This document shows positions 63,642-64,000 of a stretch of 64,000 nt of DNA, piece after piece. Numbering within the stretch: position 1 is the stretch's first letter; every line of letters begins with the position of its first letter. A model generated the notes under the pieces. That model saw nothing but the letters and a program-made list of their open reading frames with translations. It was not told where the DNA came from and did no database searches. Source of the stretch: Synergistaceae bacterium (GTDB lineage Bacteria > Synergistota > Synergistia > Synergistales > Synergistaceae). The DNA is taken from NCBI GenBank assembly GCA_050175815.1, contig JBFXIQ010000002.1, positions 1,025 to 65,024 on the forward strand. Direction: 5' to 3'. The position numbers and the translations under genes are program-made.

Positions 63642-64000
63642 ATGAATAACAAACAGTCCTTTATCTGGTCCATTCTTACCGCATTCAGGAAAATAGTTGT
63701 GGTGCTTCCACACCCTGCAGCAGTCATGCTTGGCGGTTTTGTCGGCTCCCTGATACCACTATTCACACGAAATAAACTGAGAGAGGCGACGGACCGTTGT
63801 GCCAGGGTGCTGGATATACCGCGCAAAGAGGCTTCCCGCATTGTAAAAGGGGCATACAGAAATTTCGGCAAATCAACTGCTGAGTTTATAAGGATCCCTG
63901 TAATGGCTCATAAACTTCATGAAATAGTCACAGTCAACGGGGAAGAAAACCTACGTGAGGCTTATGAAGCCGGAAAGGGAGTATTTGTAGTTACCGCCCA
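63642..64000 (+). CDS. lipid A biosynthesis (Kdo)2-lipid IVA acyltransferase-like protein (LpxL/HtrB family), 5' fragment running off the window
   Basis: Hand translation MNNKQSFIWSILTAFRKIVVVLPHPAAVMLGGFVGSLIPLFTRNKLREATDRCARVLDIPRKEASRIVKGAYRNFGKSTAEFIRIP...GKGVFVVTA matches the N-terminal pattern of the family, ending just before the HxxxxD box. Confidence 0.65.
   Translation, partial: MNNKQSFIWSILTAFRKIVVVLPHPAAVMLGGFVGSLIPLFTRNKLREATDRCARVLDIPRKEASRIVKGAYRNFGKSTAEFIRIPVMAHKLHEIVTVNGEENLREAYEAGKGVFVVTA

Noticed and set aside
1-64000. CRISPR arrays, tRNA/rRNA genes, IS elements, integrases, prophage or defence-system genes
   Set aside because: I looked through all intergenic regions and ORF translations and found no spaced direct-repeat arrays, cloverleaf-like sequences or mobility or defence protein signatures.

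Overview
A 64-kb chromosomal window from an anaerobic, probably diderm fermentative bacterium. The gene content resembles Synergistota-type amino-acid and organic-acid fermenters, but that is only a taxonomic guess. I count about 55 protein genes and found no rRNA, tRNA, CRISPR array, transposase, integrase or phage genes. The blocks in order are: (i) the 3' end of a Na+-pumping decarboxylase operon, then a LysR-deoC-TAXI-TRAP unit; (ii) miscellaneous membrane and unknown genes, including an orphan DUF1850 and a degenerate ProRS paralogue; (iii) glgB-malQ followed by twin LtaS/alkaline-phosphatase-superfamily transferases, a processive GT2 synthase and an LplT-like MFS; (iv) a TPP-riboswitch-controlled cytX-thiM-thiE-thiD salvage operon, a 57-aa ferredoxin missing from the ORF track, and thiT; (v) nhaC and a flavodiiron protein; (vi) a succinate-to-propionate module with a split methylmalonyl-CoA mutase, an epimerase and the Na+-translocating methylmalonyl-CoA decarboxylase mmdA/D/C/B; (vii) a GntR-headed island that looks lower in G+C, with a YqeB-family marker, two xanthine-dehydrogenase-family molybdoenzymes, a PreA-like flavoprotein, a C-N hydrolase, DUF2848, a cupin, a DctPQM TRAP importer and an MFS; (viii) a two-subunit class I Fe-S hydro-lyase, a second TAXI TRAP system, an AbrB-like membrane protein and the start of an LpxL-type acyltransferase. 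Block (vii) is the best candidate for an undescribed catabolic system. All functional calls come from reading motifs by eye. No database search or computation was run, and the only numbers given are hand counts.
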